From Callorhinchus milii (Eukaryota): 64,000 nt of DNA. The stretch spans positions 56,732,001-56,796,000 of the forward strand of contig NW_024704743.1 of NCBI RefSeq assembly GCF_018977255.1. Direction: 5' to 3'. Below the pieces are notes generated by a model. It did not search any database, had not been told where the DNA came from, and saw only the letters and a program-made list of their open reading frames with translations. Positions 24,561 through 36,058 of the stretch are shown here, piece by piece; within the stretch, counting starts at the first letter, position 1, and every line of letters starts with the position of its first letter. A program made the position numbers and the translations under genes.

Positions 24561-25139
24561 TTCACAAGACTATTTGAATTCAAAGTCCCAACATGGGGCT
24601 TGACCACACATCTTTCTTGACTTGGAGGCAGAAGTACAACTAACTGAAGCAGGTTGACACACAACGTGAGTCTGCTTCTTGTTAGTTGCAGATACTTCTA
24701 TTGTACATTGTAGGTATGATTGTTTTCACAGGTCAGAATCACACATATAACAGCAGTATTACAGACAATCCGAGTTGGTATTCGCTTCACCAAGACTGAC
24801 CAGATCTCTTTCTTCCTTCTAGCTTTATTTAAAAATTATTCCAGTTTTTTAAAAAATGTTTGTAAAATACAACACACACAATGTGCATGCGTTCCACTTT
24901 AGCAATTACAGTTGGTACTCCCCGAGGTGCTATGCACAGATGAGACCAATTAATCTAAAACACCATCATTATGTTATCTGTCTATTTGGCAAACATTCTC
25001 TAAACTCTCTTCCGCACCTGAACAATGGAATAATCGAGTGTTCTCCCACGTTCAAAATCACAAAGCTATTACAATAATGATCAAATCTTTCATGATACCA
25101 TTAAATGTTTCAATCCCTCTGTAAATGTATCAAACCAGT

Positions 25140-25665
25140 TGTTTTTTTGGTCAGCCGGGTGTGTAACGCATGTGGAAAGTCATCACCATGCTTAAGAGTA
25201 TCCAAACCAAACAGAGTTCCTTGTATTCCATCTATACATAGAAATTCCAGCGATGTTTACTGGAATGGAATACAGACTCTCTCCTTGGAAGACTCATCCT
25301 GCTCACCTAATTCTGGAGTATATTAGACCCAGATTGGCAAGAGCCAAGGCTTGGGACACCACAGTGTGTGTTGGGGTACTGCTTGTATTTAACCAGCTAA
25401 AGCCGCATAGCTTGCCATTGAGAGCACTTGGCAAGATGTTGTCACATGCTCTCAATATGTCCCGCTGTTCGTCAAGCTAGTACAACAATCTTTCGTGTTT
25501 TTTTCCCTTTCTCCCCACCAGTCTCTTTTGCTCCAGGATAATGGATTTGAGTGCCTTTATAATACAATGGTTAGGACCCACAAAAACCCCAATGAGGCAT
25601 GATAGCTAGTTTTGCTGCCATTGTGCACAATCAGCCAGGACTCTGCTTAAGCATGGGCTGGTTGC
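25140..25665 (-). repeat. Unidentified diverged interspersed repeat, copy 1 (duplicate ~45926-46456)
   Basis: Shares CATCACCATGCT.AAGAGTATCCAAACCAA, CCTGCT.ACCTAATT and CATAGCTTGCCATTGA with 26812-27100 and 61310-61715. Confidence 0.75.
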
Positions 25666-25889
25666 CATGCTAAAAGTAAAATGCACAACTTCCAAGTCAT
25701 CAGATCAATTCCTAGTGCATGCACAAAGTAGGAAGTGATGGCGGTGTTCATCTTATGACTCAGAAGATGCCCATTTTGTTGCAAAAGCTGTCTGGTGCAT
25801 GAAAAACAAGTGGACTGGCTGCTGACAGGCTCAGTGAATGGGCTCACAATGCAAACACATCATAACAACTTTTCGCTATAAACCCATTG

Positions 25890-26281
25890 TAATAGTAATA
25901 ATCCTTGTATTTGATACAGCACCTTATCATCTCTTCAAGACATCGCTAAGTGTTTCATAGGATACACTGTAAAGTGAATTGACTGTATATTTTGTGTGCG
26001 AACGCAGCAGCCAATTGCTTGCATCAATGTACTCCAAACAGACATGGGTTGAAATGACTAATTTATTATTATTAATATTTTTTGAAAGAATTATTATCCC
26101 CAGAAAAACAATCCGCCAAATCAACTAACAAACGGGTTCCTACTCATTGCTAGGTGAACAGAGGGGTGTGTGTGGAGTAAGGAAACTTGCCCAACATTTT
26201 GCCTTGACCTGCCCGGGAATTGAATCCAGATCCTCTCGCTTGCGAGGCAAGCGCTTTAACCAATGAGCTGCAGGACTCCAC
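25890..26281 (-). mobile_element. Full-length tRNA-derived CORE-type SINE (duplicate ~46680-47070)
   Basis: Minus strand GGAGTCCTGCAGCTCATTGGTTAAAGCG head, GGATTCAATTCC B box, core and tail. Confidence 0.92.
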
Positions 26282-26811
26282 AGAAAAGCAATGAGAGAGA
26301 GAATGGTGTGGAGAGTTCGTCAACAAAACCGTTTCTGTTTTTTGATAAAGGTCGTCCAGAAACGCAGGAGCATTTGTAGGAAAAGTTGTTCCTGCTCCTC
26401 TCACCCACCAAGGCTAATCAAATGGATTTCTTATCCTGAATTTAAATTTTTTTTCTATTTCCTTCATACATACATTCTGCTCCTCATTAACACTCCCGAG
26501 GCCTGCAGGACTGGTGTCTAGAGAGAGGCAGAGCCAAGGGGCAAGAAGTTTTAGTGTTGAAGAAGGATTGTTTGTGCTGACAAGGGAGACACCAGTGTGT
26601 GATGGAGAGAACAGACAGCCACGGTCTCACATTCCCTCAAGCTGTCGTCGGAACTGAAAGACTTGAGGTTCTGGAACCACACTGTACTTTGGAGGGAAAC
26701 TAAGTGTTTCTTTTCTCCTTCCCCTTGTCTAGCTCAAAACTATACACGATAATTTGGTTTTGAACATAGGCATTTTGATCAAATCACCAACATTCTACCC
26801 AAATATTTAGC

Positions 26812-27100
26812 CTTTTTGTTAGTCAGCCAGTTTCTGCCACATGGGGAAACCCATCACCATGCTCAAGAGTATCCAAACCAATCTGAGAATTCCATGCATG
26901 CTATCTAACTGGAGGGACACACCCTGCTAACCTAATTACAGATAGTTTTAGGCACGGGCTGGCAGAGTGTGCATTGGGATACCGTGGAGTTTAATCAGCA
27001 GAAACCACATAGCTTGCCATTGAAAACACTTTCTATTAAGCTTTCCCACTACATATCTCGCTAGGATCACCCTACTCATTAGAGCTTTGGCTAGCCATTA
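26812..27100 (-). repeat. Unidentified diverged interspersed repeat, copy 2 (duplicate ~47595-47885)
   Basis: Same ordered motifs as 25140-25665. Confidence 0.72.
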
Positions 27101-28298
27101 AAACCATTTTGTCTTCAAAATTATAGCGGCACAGAATTATGGAAAGTTTTAAGAATTTTCTGCTGAAACTGACTTCCACATTATAATTGGATTGAAATGT
27201 TTCCATGATTCTTACACCCTTTCTTATATTTTAAGATAAAATGGAATTTCAGAACTAAATGGAACAAGCAATTGGAGTTAGGAAAAATCTCAAGCACAAT
27301 AAAGAAAGTAACAATAGGAATGAAAAGAAATTGTGAAGGGCTGGTTTATTCAGAAATAAAGTGCCTCCAGAGAGACTATGTAACCCAATTTTGCTTCAGG
27401 CATATGAAGGCTGCAATATATTTCCCAATAAACCACTGCTCATTTATCCGACATGCAGAGCAATACTTGTGTGGTCTGAGAAGCCCCAGATTATTACTTT
27501 GCAGCATGGCCCTGCTCTGAATGAAAAATAAATGAAATCTATTTAAAATAAAATGTCACATCCATTTGCAACCTTGAGTAACCATTTATAGTGAATAAAT
27601 GTTTCCTGTTCAAATGTGGGGACAGCAGTTTAAACCTTCTTTTATTACCAGAGAGAATTCATTCCGATTGTTGTTTTTACAGCACCTTAAACTATAGATG
27701 AGCAGAATATTCATTCAACTGAGGTTTTATTCAACTTTGTGACTCCTATTCTATGTCATAGTATTGTGTGTTTTACAACCCAAATCAGACACTGGAATTA
27801 ACTCTTTAATGAATACTTTTGAGCCTTGTCAATGTTTTAAATTCTCCCTATCATTTTCCACTATTATTAGACCTGGATGTTTTTGCTCCATACTACGCAC
27901 AGTAAATCATATTTGACTAAATAAAATTATTGTGAAGGCAACAGTGTGATATGTTTTCCGGATAGACCTTTCTCTTATAAATTAAAACTAATAAAAATAA
28001 ATAAAATAAAAATGAAAGTTTGACTAATTTTTGTACTCAAAAATTTACATTTATATAGTGTCACTTCACATAGGATACTCAAAGGTTAAGTAGCTATCGA
28101 ACCTTAGTTCAAACAATTCAATGAGTTCTAAAGTGCTAATTAAAATAATTGTTTTTGAACCAGATAAATGTTTCTAATTCATGGGTGAGCAGAATAGTGT
28201 TTGTGTTTTTTACATTTGAAGAAAGATGTTTTTTACCAAGTGAGGCAGGGGTGACATTTCATTTTTGAGATAACAGATTCTATAAATTGTATCTCTTA

Positions 28299-29379
28299 GT
28301 TCCTCAGGGCTCTGTCCTCGGGCTACTCCTCTTCAATCTATACATGCTCCCGCTCGGTGATGTCATCCGCAGGCATGGTGTCAATTTCCACATGTATACG
28401 GATGACACCCAACTCTATCTCACCGCCTCCACCCTCAACTCGAGGACTGTTGATGTCCTGGCTAATTTGTCTCTCTGATCAAGTTACTGGATGAGAGCCA
28501 ATTTCCTCCAGCTCAATGTGGCAAGACAGAGCCCCTCCTGCTTGGCTCCCGGCAGCGCCTCTTCACCTTAGCTGCTCACACTGTCACCATTTATGGCTAC
28601 ATTCTTCACCTCACCAAGCCAATCCGAAACCTCGGTGTCCTTTTCGACCCTCGGCTGTCCTTCAAACCCACATTCATGCCGTGACACGTTCCGCCTTTCT
28701 ACACCTCTGCAACATTGACTGCCTCCGCCACTGTCTCTCACTGCAGGCCGCCGAGATCCTGATCCATGCTATCATATTCCCAGCTTGACTGCGCCAACTG
28801 CTGATCAATGGACTTCCCAACTCTTTCCTCCACAAACTGCAGATTGTTCAGAACTCTGCAGCTTGTGTCCTCTTCCGCACGAGGCTCCGGGAACCTATCA
28901 CTCCCATTCTTGCCCAGCTTCTCTGGCTCCCCATTCCTCAGAGAATCGAGTACAAAATCCATGTTCTTACCTTCAAAGCCTCCACGGTCTTCTTCCCCCT
29001 ACGTCTCTGACCTCATAACCCCATATCAGCCTGTCTGCTCCTTCCGCTTGGCAGACACCAACCTGCTTCAGGTTCCCCGCACTTCCCGCCCCACCACTGG
29101 CGGTCGGGAATTCAGCATCTCTGCCCCCACTCTCTGAAACTCTATCCCGCAATCCCTCCGCCTCAATCCCTCTCCTGCTTCATTCAAGTCCTGTCCAAAG
29201 ACCTTCCTCTTCGATCGTGCCTTCAACCACCCTTCCATCCCCAGCTCCCCTCCCTCTTCCCCTTCTGACCCCAAATCCCAGCTCAGGTCCAAAACCCCTG
29301 ATTGTCTAGTGCCCTAGGACATTTTTTTGACATGAAGGGTGCGATACAAGTGTGATTTGTTGTTGTTGTTGTTGTTGTT
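28299..29379 (+). mobile_element. L2 LINE 3' portion (RT core to tail), inactive
   Basis: [21 protein letters not shown] motifs; (TTG)n tail; possible TSD TTAGT at 28296-28300 and 29378-29382. Confidence 0.95.
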
Positions 29380-30359
29380 AGTAACTAACAGATTAGTCTC
29401 TATACATTTATCTATGCATATTATTACCATCACTTAGGTTTAGGTAAAACCTAGACAGGCCAAGAAGGAAGCCCTGAAGGAACCCGAGCGGCAAGCCCCT
29501 GGATCTGAGGCAAAAACCATCAACTTCTTGCTCTGCTTTTGGTTACCTCAGTAAGATTCAAATCAATTCATGATTGATGGTAAAAAGCAAAGATGTATGC
29601 AATTTGTTCCACAAAATTACTGAATTAACTGCATGAAATCGTATTCGTTTCTACAGAGGCTCAACTATGTTATGAAAGTGAAAAATGGCAATCAGAATGC
29701 AAGCTTTTCTTTGAAATCAGATTGGGAACTGCTAGGGAGATCCTTGAGTGTTGAAACGTGACCTCCTGCTGCAACTTAAAATGAGAGGAGACTTGCTTTG
29801 AAAATTGTTCTTATCTCAGTGCTCCTCAGGTCTTCTGCACTATTACCATCTTCAAATCATTAAAGAATGTGCTGGTTCTAAATGATTGATTAAACAGATG
29901 AGCCGGTGCATGTGCTAAAAAACCTCCCAAGAGCTTTTGAATTTTAGAGTCCCAATTAAAGCAATCCATTACTTGTTAGTTGGTGGGTATTCTTTCATCT
30001 TGTTTTCATTAAATCCTTTACATTTAAATGATCTTTCCCTGTTTATTACCTGTCACAAAACCTGAACTTTCAAAGAGATACCCTTATTAGGCATAACAGA
30101 TTTAAATTTCAGGATTTAAATGTGGATTTCTTGTACATTTGTTGCAATGCAATAAAATTCTGTTTGTGTTGAAGATAAATTCCAGGTCTCTGATTGTTTG
30201 ATTTCTTTTAAAAATTTGTAAATTATATACACCACCAATGTAAGATTTTCAAATAATAAATTAAAGTGTAATCCCAAATGCATTGCTAAATCAGTTCCGT
30301 TTGGATCCCCAAATTTATTCTCAAGCTGTACAATGCTTGATCAGGTTACAGATGGGCTG

Positions 30360-30662
30360 AAAGGCACGCTCGCCTCACAAACGAGAGGACCCAGGTTCGA
30401 ATCCTAGGTGGGGAGAAACCTTAAGCAATTTTCTTTACTCCATACACCTCTGTTTACCTAGCAGTAAGTAGGAACTCAGTAGTTAATCGATCGTGGTAAT
30501 AATCCCTCCAAAAAATAATCCACAGCTGTTGTAGGACACTGCTATGTGCAGTTGGCTCTGCGTTTTCCCACACAATATACACTTAATAGTATATTCTGTG
30601 AAGCACTTTGAGAAGTTTGAATGACGTGATAAGGCGTTATATCAAATACAAAGATTATTATA
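30360..30662 (+). mobile_element. tRNA-derived SINE with internal deletions (duplicate ~51148-51450)
   Basis: GGTTCGAATCC B box, core CCTCTGTTTACCTAGCAGTAAGTAGGAAC, tail. Confidence 0.87.
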
Positions 30663-30788
30663 AAATTATAAAGGCCTTCTTCACTCTTGTGATCAATAAT
30701 CCCATAACAAATGCTTCATTCTTATCTTTTATAATTTTATAGGGAATCACTGGCTGATTATATTTTAATTAGAAGGCTTATTGTAGCT

Positions 30789-30861
30789 TTCAGCGCCTTG
30801 GGACGTCCTCCTGACGTGAAAGGCGCTTTATAAATGGAATCTTGTTGTTGTTGATGTTGTT
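30789..30861 (+). mobile_element. Ultra-short L2 3'-end insertion (duplicate 51578-51650)
   Basis: TTCAGCGCCTTGGGACGTCCTCCTGACGTGAAAGGCGCT..(TTG)n with no upstream L2 sequence. Confidence 0.88.
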
Positions 30862-31749
30862 ATTCCAGATTGTGAAGGGGATGTTTGAGTAGGAGGGGTG
30901 ACTGAGTGAGAGCTTTGGTTACCCCATAAAATCTATCGCAATTATTATAGCAGTTGACATTAATGTACCTGTCTCTTTGAGGCTCTCCACAGTGTGAGTG
31001 TAGCTCCTGCAGTTCACTATACTGCCCATGTACTGTCAGGTTTACATTTGCAATGTTATTTGTTTCTTTGATGCTTCGCTTCCCATTCCCAGGAGTCAAG
31101 CTTGCTCTATGCACTTGGCTGAACCATTCAGATGAGTGGCAGAAAACACATTTCAGAGACAACTTGTGGGGTTGAAAACTGGGACAACTGTGGTGGAGCA
31201 GAGATCATTGAGTACAATTGGGACCACTATGGGTGTAGCAGTTCCAGAGGGGAGGGTGTGTACATCTTTGCTTATTCTATTGACCAACCTAGGAATTATG
31301 TCTGCATTAATTGAATGTAAGCCAAACCTGACTTGTATGCAGTTTGGGAGATTATTGGAGATTTTCAAAGCTATTTTTAAATATGGCTGTTTAATACAAA
31401 CTATTAGATCCCACCCAGGTAAAGATGGTCAATTTCCCATCACCGTTGCCAATACCTCGCAAACAGAACTTTACTCTTTCTGCATATTATCAGTTTATGA
31501 GCAAACTTCAATTTGTATGGATCATAATTATATAATTCAGGATTGTATTTCAGTATACTTCTGTAGGATTACCTGCAGACCTGTGCTAATACCATAGAAA
31601 ATTGATTCCAATGGCTCACAGAGCTGAACAATAAACTATCCTGTCAAGTGTTCAGTCTCACATATTAGATATAAAGTATGTTGAGTCACATAGTGGATTA
31701 AAACAAATCATTTCACCTTTTAGAAGAAGAAAAAGTCTTCTATTAAATA

Positions 31750-32042
31750 AAATAATAATTCTTGTATTTAATACAATTTCAATTTCATCTTAAAAAGGAT
31801 TAACCCGCAAAGCGTAGTGAATATGTATTTTGTAGCCGGATGCATCAGCCGATTTGTCCTACAAACAGGCATGAAGGAAATGCACAATTTTGTTTGGGGG
31901 ATTGTTGGCCAGGATGCTGGGAGAAACTCTATCCTCTTTTCGAATTGTGTTATTGGATCTTTAATATCCCTAAACGGTTTAATGTCTCATCCAAAGGACG
32001 GCATTTCCAACAATACAGCACACTGTTATCGGTATTGGAGTG
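31750..32042 (-). mobile_element. Deu-domain SINE, degraded (duplicate ~52545-52836)
   Basis: CGGTTTAATGTCTCATCCAAAGGACGGCA and TTGGCCAGGATGCTGGGAGAAAC. Confidence 0.72.
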
Positions 32043-32498
32043 GTTATGGAGTGTTAGGCAGGACTGGGATGTCTTTCTGATGTGAAGGGTGCTAAACAAG
32101 TGTGCTTTGTTATTGTTGTTTAAAGTCCTGACCTAGTGCTTGCATCCACAACCTTTTGTCTCAGAGATACGATCGCCACCAACTGAGACAGGCTGACACA
32201 TACTGAGGCCACCAACTGAGGCAGGATGCCCATGATCAACCCCAATTCTGAAATCTCTCACAGAGTATCCCCTGCACTCCAAGCTATTTCTAACTTCCAA
32301 AATAATGACTAATATCAAAAAAAGCTCCAAAAGAAACTCCCAAAGCTTTCCAGGAAATAACTTGATTTGTGCCATTATCCCACCTCCTCTGGTAAGACTT
32401 TGACCACTCTGTAACACCAAATCAGTTAACACAATTGCAGTGAATATAAGCACTACAAGTAACAGTGAAAGATGTGCCTACATGATTATGTGTATAAT

Positions 32499-32580
32499 AA
32501 GAACATAAGAACATAAGAAATGCTAGACGAAAAAAGACCAAGGTCCATCTAGTTCACCTTCCACCTTCTGGCATGGATAC
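32499..32580 (-). mobile_element. CR1 3' terminus only (duplicate 53293-53374)
   Basis: AAGAACATAAGAACATAAGAAATGCTAGAC..AGGTCCATCTAGTTC, same subfamily as the element at 57154. Confidence 0.8.
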
Positions 32581-32739
32581 GCAAAATGAAATAACAATAA
32601 CCTTTGTATTTGATATAGTGCCTGATCACATCCTCAAGACATCTCAGCATACACTGCAAAGTGGTGTGACTGTGTTGATTTTGTGGACAGCCAATTTGAA
32701 CGTACACAATGTCACACAAGCACCAAGGTGTGTGATCAA

Positions 32740-32769
32740 NNNNNNNNNNNNNNNNNNNNNNNNNNNNNN
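32740..32769. other. Assembly gap (30 N)
   Basis: Run of 30 N, same fixed length as the first gap. Confidence 1.
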
Positions 32770-33775
32770 GGGAAGCGCCAGGGATCGCTCTGGTTCCCCG
32801 ATCAGGAGACAGTATCCATGTGGGCCAGGTCCAATGGATGAGCAGTTCTATCGGAGTCTGTGACCTCAGCTCCACCACAGTAAACATTGAGGAATGCTGC
32901 TTATGGTGAACTGTCTGCACTGATAAGTCAAGCTAATTCAATTCTAATGATAACATAGGTCAGTTAACCCAAGCAGAAGCATATTGAACAAAGGAATGCA
33001 TGGGACCGGAAACAAATATTATGGGCATCTGGTTGATCCCGAAAGTGAAAAAAACAAATATAGTATAATAAATAATCTTACATACTATAGGATTTACTGA
33101 GGCAATTTACCTTCACCGGCTCACTGGGTAATCTATTTCACATATTTCCCAGTCTATGTTAAATAATGAAATCCAAACTGTCTGTTCACCTCTCTTCTGA
33201 GCTCAAATCTTGTCACCTTGTTCCAGAAGGTATGTCATCTGTCCCTGCACTGAATGGACACTCTGGCAAAGCACTGTAGAATTTTGCCTGTTGATTTTCT
33301 GCTCCATCCCCAGCTCAGTCAATCCCAGTCCAGAGCAAGTGTATAATGTTCTCTCAGAATCATGCAGGTTTGCAGAATGGAAACATTTCGACAAGAAGCA
33401 AATCTCTGACTCTTTCCAATGCTACTGATTAAGCAAGTGCCAGACAGTGAACTGATCTTCATTGTCACAAGTTGGATGTTTTGTAAATACCTAATGGTGA
33501 TACCTCTTGAACAAATTTCCTTACTTCACATGCCTCTGTTTACCTAGCAGTAAGAATGAACCCAGTTGTTAGTCGATTGTCCCATCACATTCTGCGGGTA
33601 ATAATCCCTTGAATAATAATAATAATTTGGTCACTCAATCCACAACTCTTTACAAGACACTACTGTGTACAATTGGCTGCTGTGTTTTGCCCACAAAATA
33701 TACAATCAATTCACTTTACAGTATATTCTGTGAAGCACTTTGAGACGTCTCAATTATGTGATAATGCTCTATATT

Positions 33776-36058
33776 CCAGCAAACTGGAAATTAAGGCTCC
33801 TCGAGGGCAAAGTGATCATAATATGATGGAATTTAGCATTAAGTTATAGAGAGAAGTAGTTAAGTCTGAAGCAAAGTTCTTAAATTTAAGTAGAGAGAAC
33901 TTTGCTGGTATGAGAGAGGATTTAGCTAAAATAAACTGGGAAATTAGACTTAAGGATTTGACAGTAGACCAGCAATGGCAGACGTTTAAGGAGATACTGC
34001 AAAATTCCCAGCGAGCACGTATTCCTTTGAGGAATAAGAATGCCACGGGAAAGGTGGCCCAACCGTGGCTAACGAGAGCAATTAAGGAAAGTATAAAGTT
34101 AAAGGAAGAAGCCTATAAAACAGCTAAGATGAGTAGTAAACCCGAGAATTGGGAGAACTTTAGGGATCAACAAAGGAGAACCAAAAAAGTGATTAAGAGA
34201 GAGAAAATGGAACATGAGGGCAAACCAGCGAAGAACATAAAGACAGACTGCAAGAGTTTTTATAAATATATAAAGAGGAAGAGGCTGTCAAAGGTAAATG
34301 TGGGTCCGCTACAGGCAGAGACGGGGGGAATTATAGTAGAGGACAAAGACATGGCAGAGTCATTAAACAAGTACTTTGCTACTGTCCTCACCTTAGAAGA
34401 CACTGAAAACCTACCAAAAATAGAGGGGAATCAAGAAGACAATGTTAGCGAGCAACTTGGGGGAATTAATATTAGTAAAGAAATGGTTTTAGGTAAATTG
34501 TCAGGTCTTAAAACTGATAAATCTCCTGGACCTGATGGCCTACATCCTAGGGTTTTAAAAGAGATGGCTACTGAGATAGTGGATGGCATGTCTTTGATCT
34601 TCCAAAATTTCCGGATTCTGGAACGGTTCCCATTGATTGGAAGATTGCAAACGTAACACCACTATTTAAGAAGGGTGGGAGAGAAAAGATGGGGAACTAT
34701 AGACCAGTTAGTCTGACATCAGTGGTAGGGAAAATTCTTGAGTCCTTAATTAGGATGTCATTCTGGGATTCCTGGAAGACCATAACAAGATTAGGCAGAG
34801 TCAATACAAAAGGGAAGTCATGCTTAACTAATCTTTTAGAGTTTTTTGAAGATGTATCTAGCAGGTTAGGTAGGGAGGAACCAGTAGATGTAGTATATTT
34901 AGATTTTAAAAAGACATTTGACAAAGTGCCACACAAAAGGCTATTGCACACGGTTAAGGCCCACGGGATTAATGGGAACATATTAGCATGGATTGAAGAG
35001 TGGCTAACGGGTAGAAAACAGAGAGTAGAGATAAACGGGTCATTCTCGAATTGGCAGGATGTGACTAGTGGAGTGCCACAAGGATCAGTGCTTGAGCCTC
35101 AGCTATTTACAATTTACATCAATGATCTAGACAAGGACATTGAATGTAACGTATCTAAATTCGCGTAAGACACTAAACTAAGTGGGAGAGTAAGGTCTGA
35201 GGATAATGCAAAAAGATTGCAACGGGATATAGATAAGCTAGGGGAGTGGGCGAGGAGGTGGCAGATGGAATTTAATGTGGGGAAGTGTGAAGTTATTCAC
35301 CTAGGTAGAAAAAATAGAAAAACAGATTATTTTCTAGAAGGGGAGAGATTAGATAGTGTTAGTGTTCAGAGGGATTTGGGTTTCCTTGTACACCAGTCTC
35401 AAAAAGATAGTTTGCAGGTGCAGCAAGCAACTAAGAAGGTGAATGGCATGTTAGCGTTCATTGCAAAAGGTTTAGAGTACAAGAGTAGGGAAGTCTTGCT
35501 GCAACTGTATAGGGTCTTGGTGAGACTGCACCTAGAGTATTGTGTGCAGTTTCGGTCTCCTTATTTAAAAAAACATACTTGCCTTAGAGGGGGTGCAGCG
35601 TAGATTCATTAGGTTAGTTCCTGAGATGCGGGGACTGACCTATGAGGATAGGCTGAATAAACTAGGGCTATATTCTCTAGCGTACAGAAGAATTAGGGGA
35701 GATCTTACTGAAACATATAAGATTCTTAAAGGGCTGATAAAGTAGACACTGAGGGTCTGTTTCCCCTGGTAGGAGAATCTATAACCAGGAGTCACAGTCT
35801 TAAAATTAAGGGTCAGCCTTTTAGAACAGAGTTGAGGAAACATTTCTTCACCCAGAAGGCTGCAGGTGCTCAGTCCTTGAACATTTTTAAGGCTGACACT
35901 GATAGATTTTTAAAAAATAGAGGGATTAGGGGATATGGGGATAGGGCAGGTAATTAGAGTTAGGTCAGAAGATCAGCCATGATCTTATCGAATGGCGGGG
36001 CAGGCTCGAGGCGCCGAATGGCCTACTCCTGCTCCTAATTCTTATGTTTTTATGTTCT
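33776..36058 (+). mobile_element. CR1 LINE (duplicate of 12993-15275)
   Basis: Same boundaries, TSD and FA-stop-D lesion. Confidence 0.96.

Larger units (their letters stand above)
12058..32739 (+). repeat. Duplicated block B, copy 1 (near-identical to 32841-53533)
   Basis: Same ORFs recur at offset ~20783-20794. Ends exactly at the second N gap. Confidence 0.97.

Noticed and set aside
31136..31597. 153-aa ORF
   Set aside because: Non-ATG start, no recognisable motif, composition like non-coding DNA.
32175..32228. Direct repeat GCCACCAACTGAG.CAGG.TG twice
   Set aside because: Only two units; a simple local duplication, not a CRISPR-like array.
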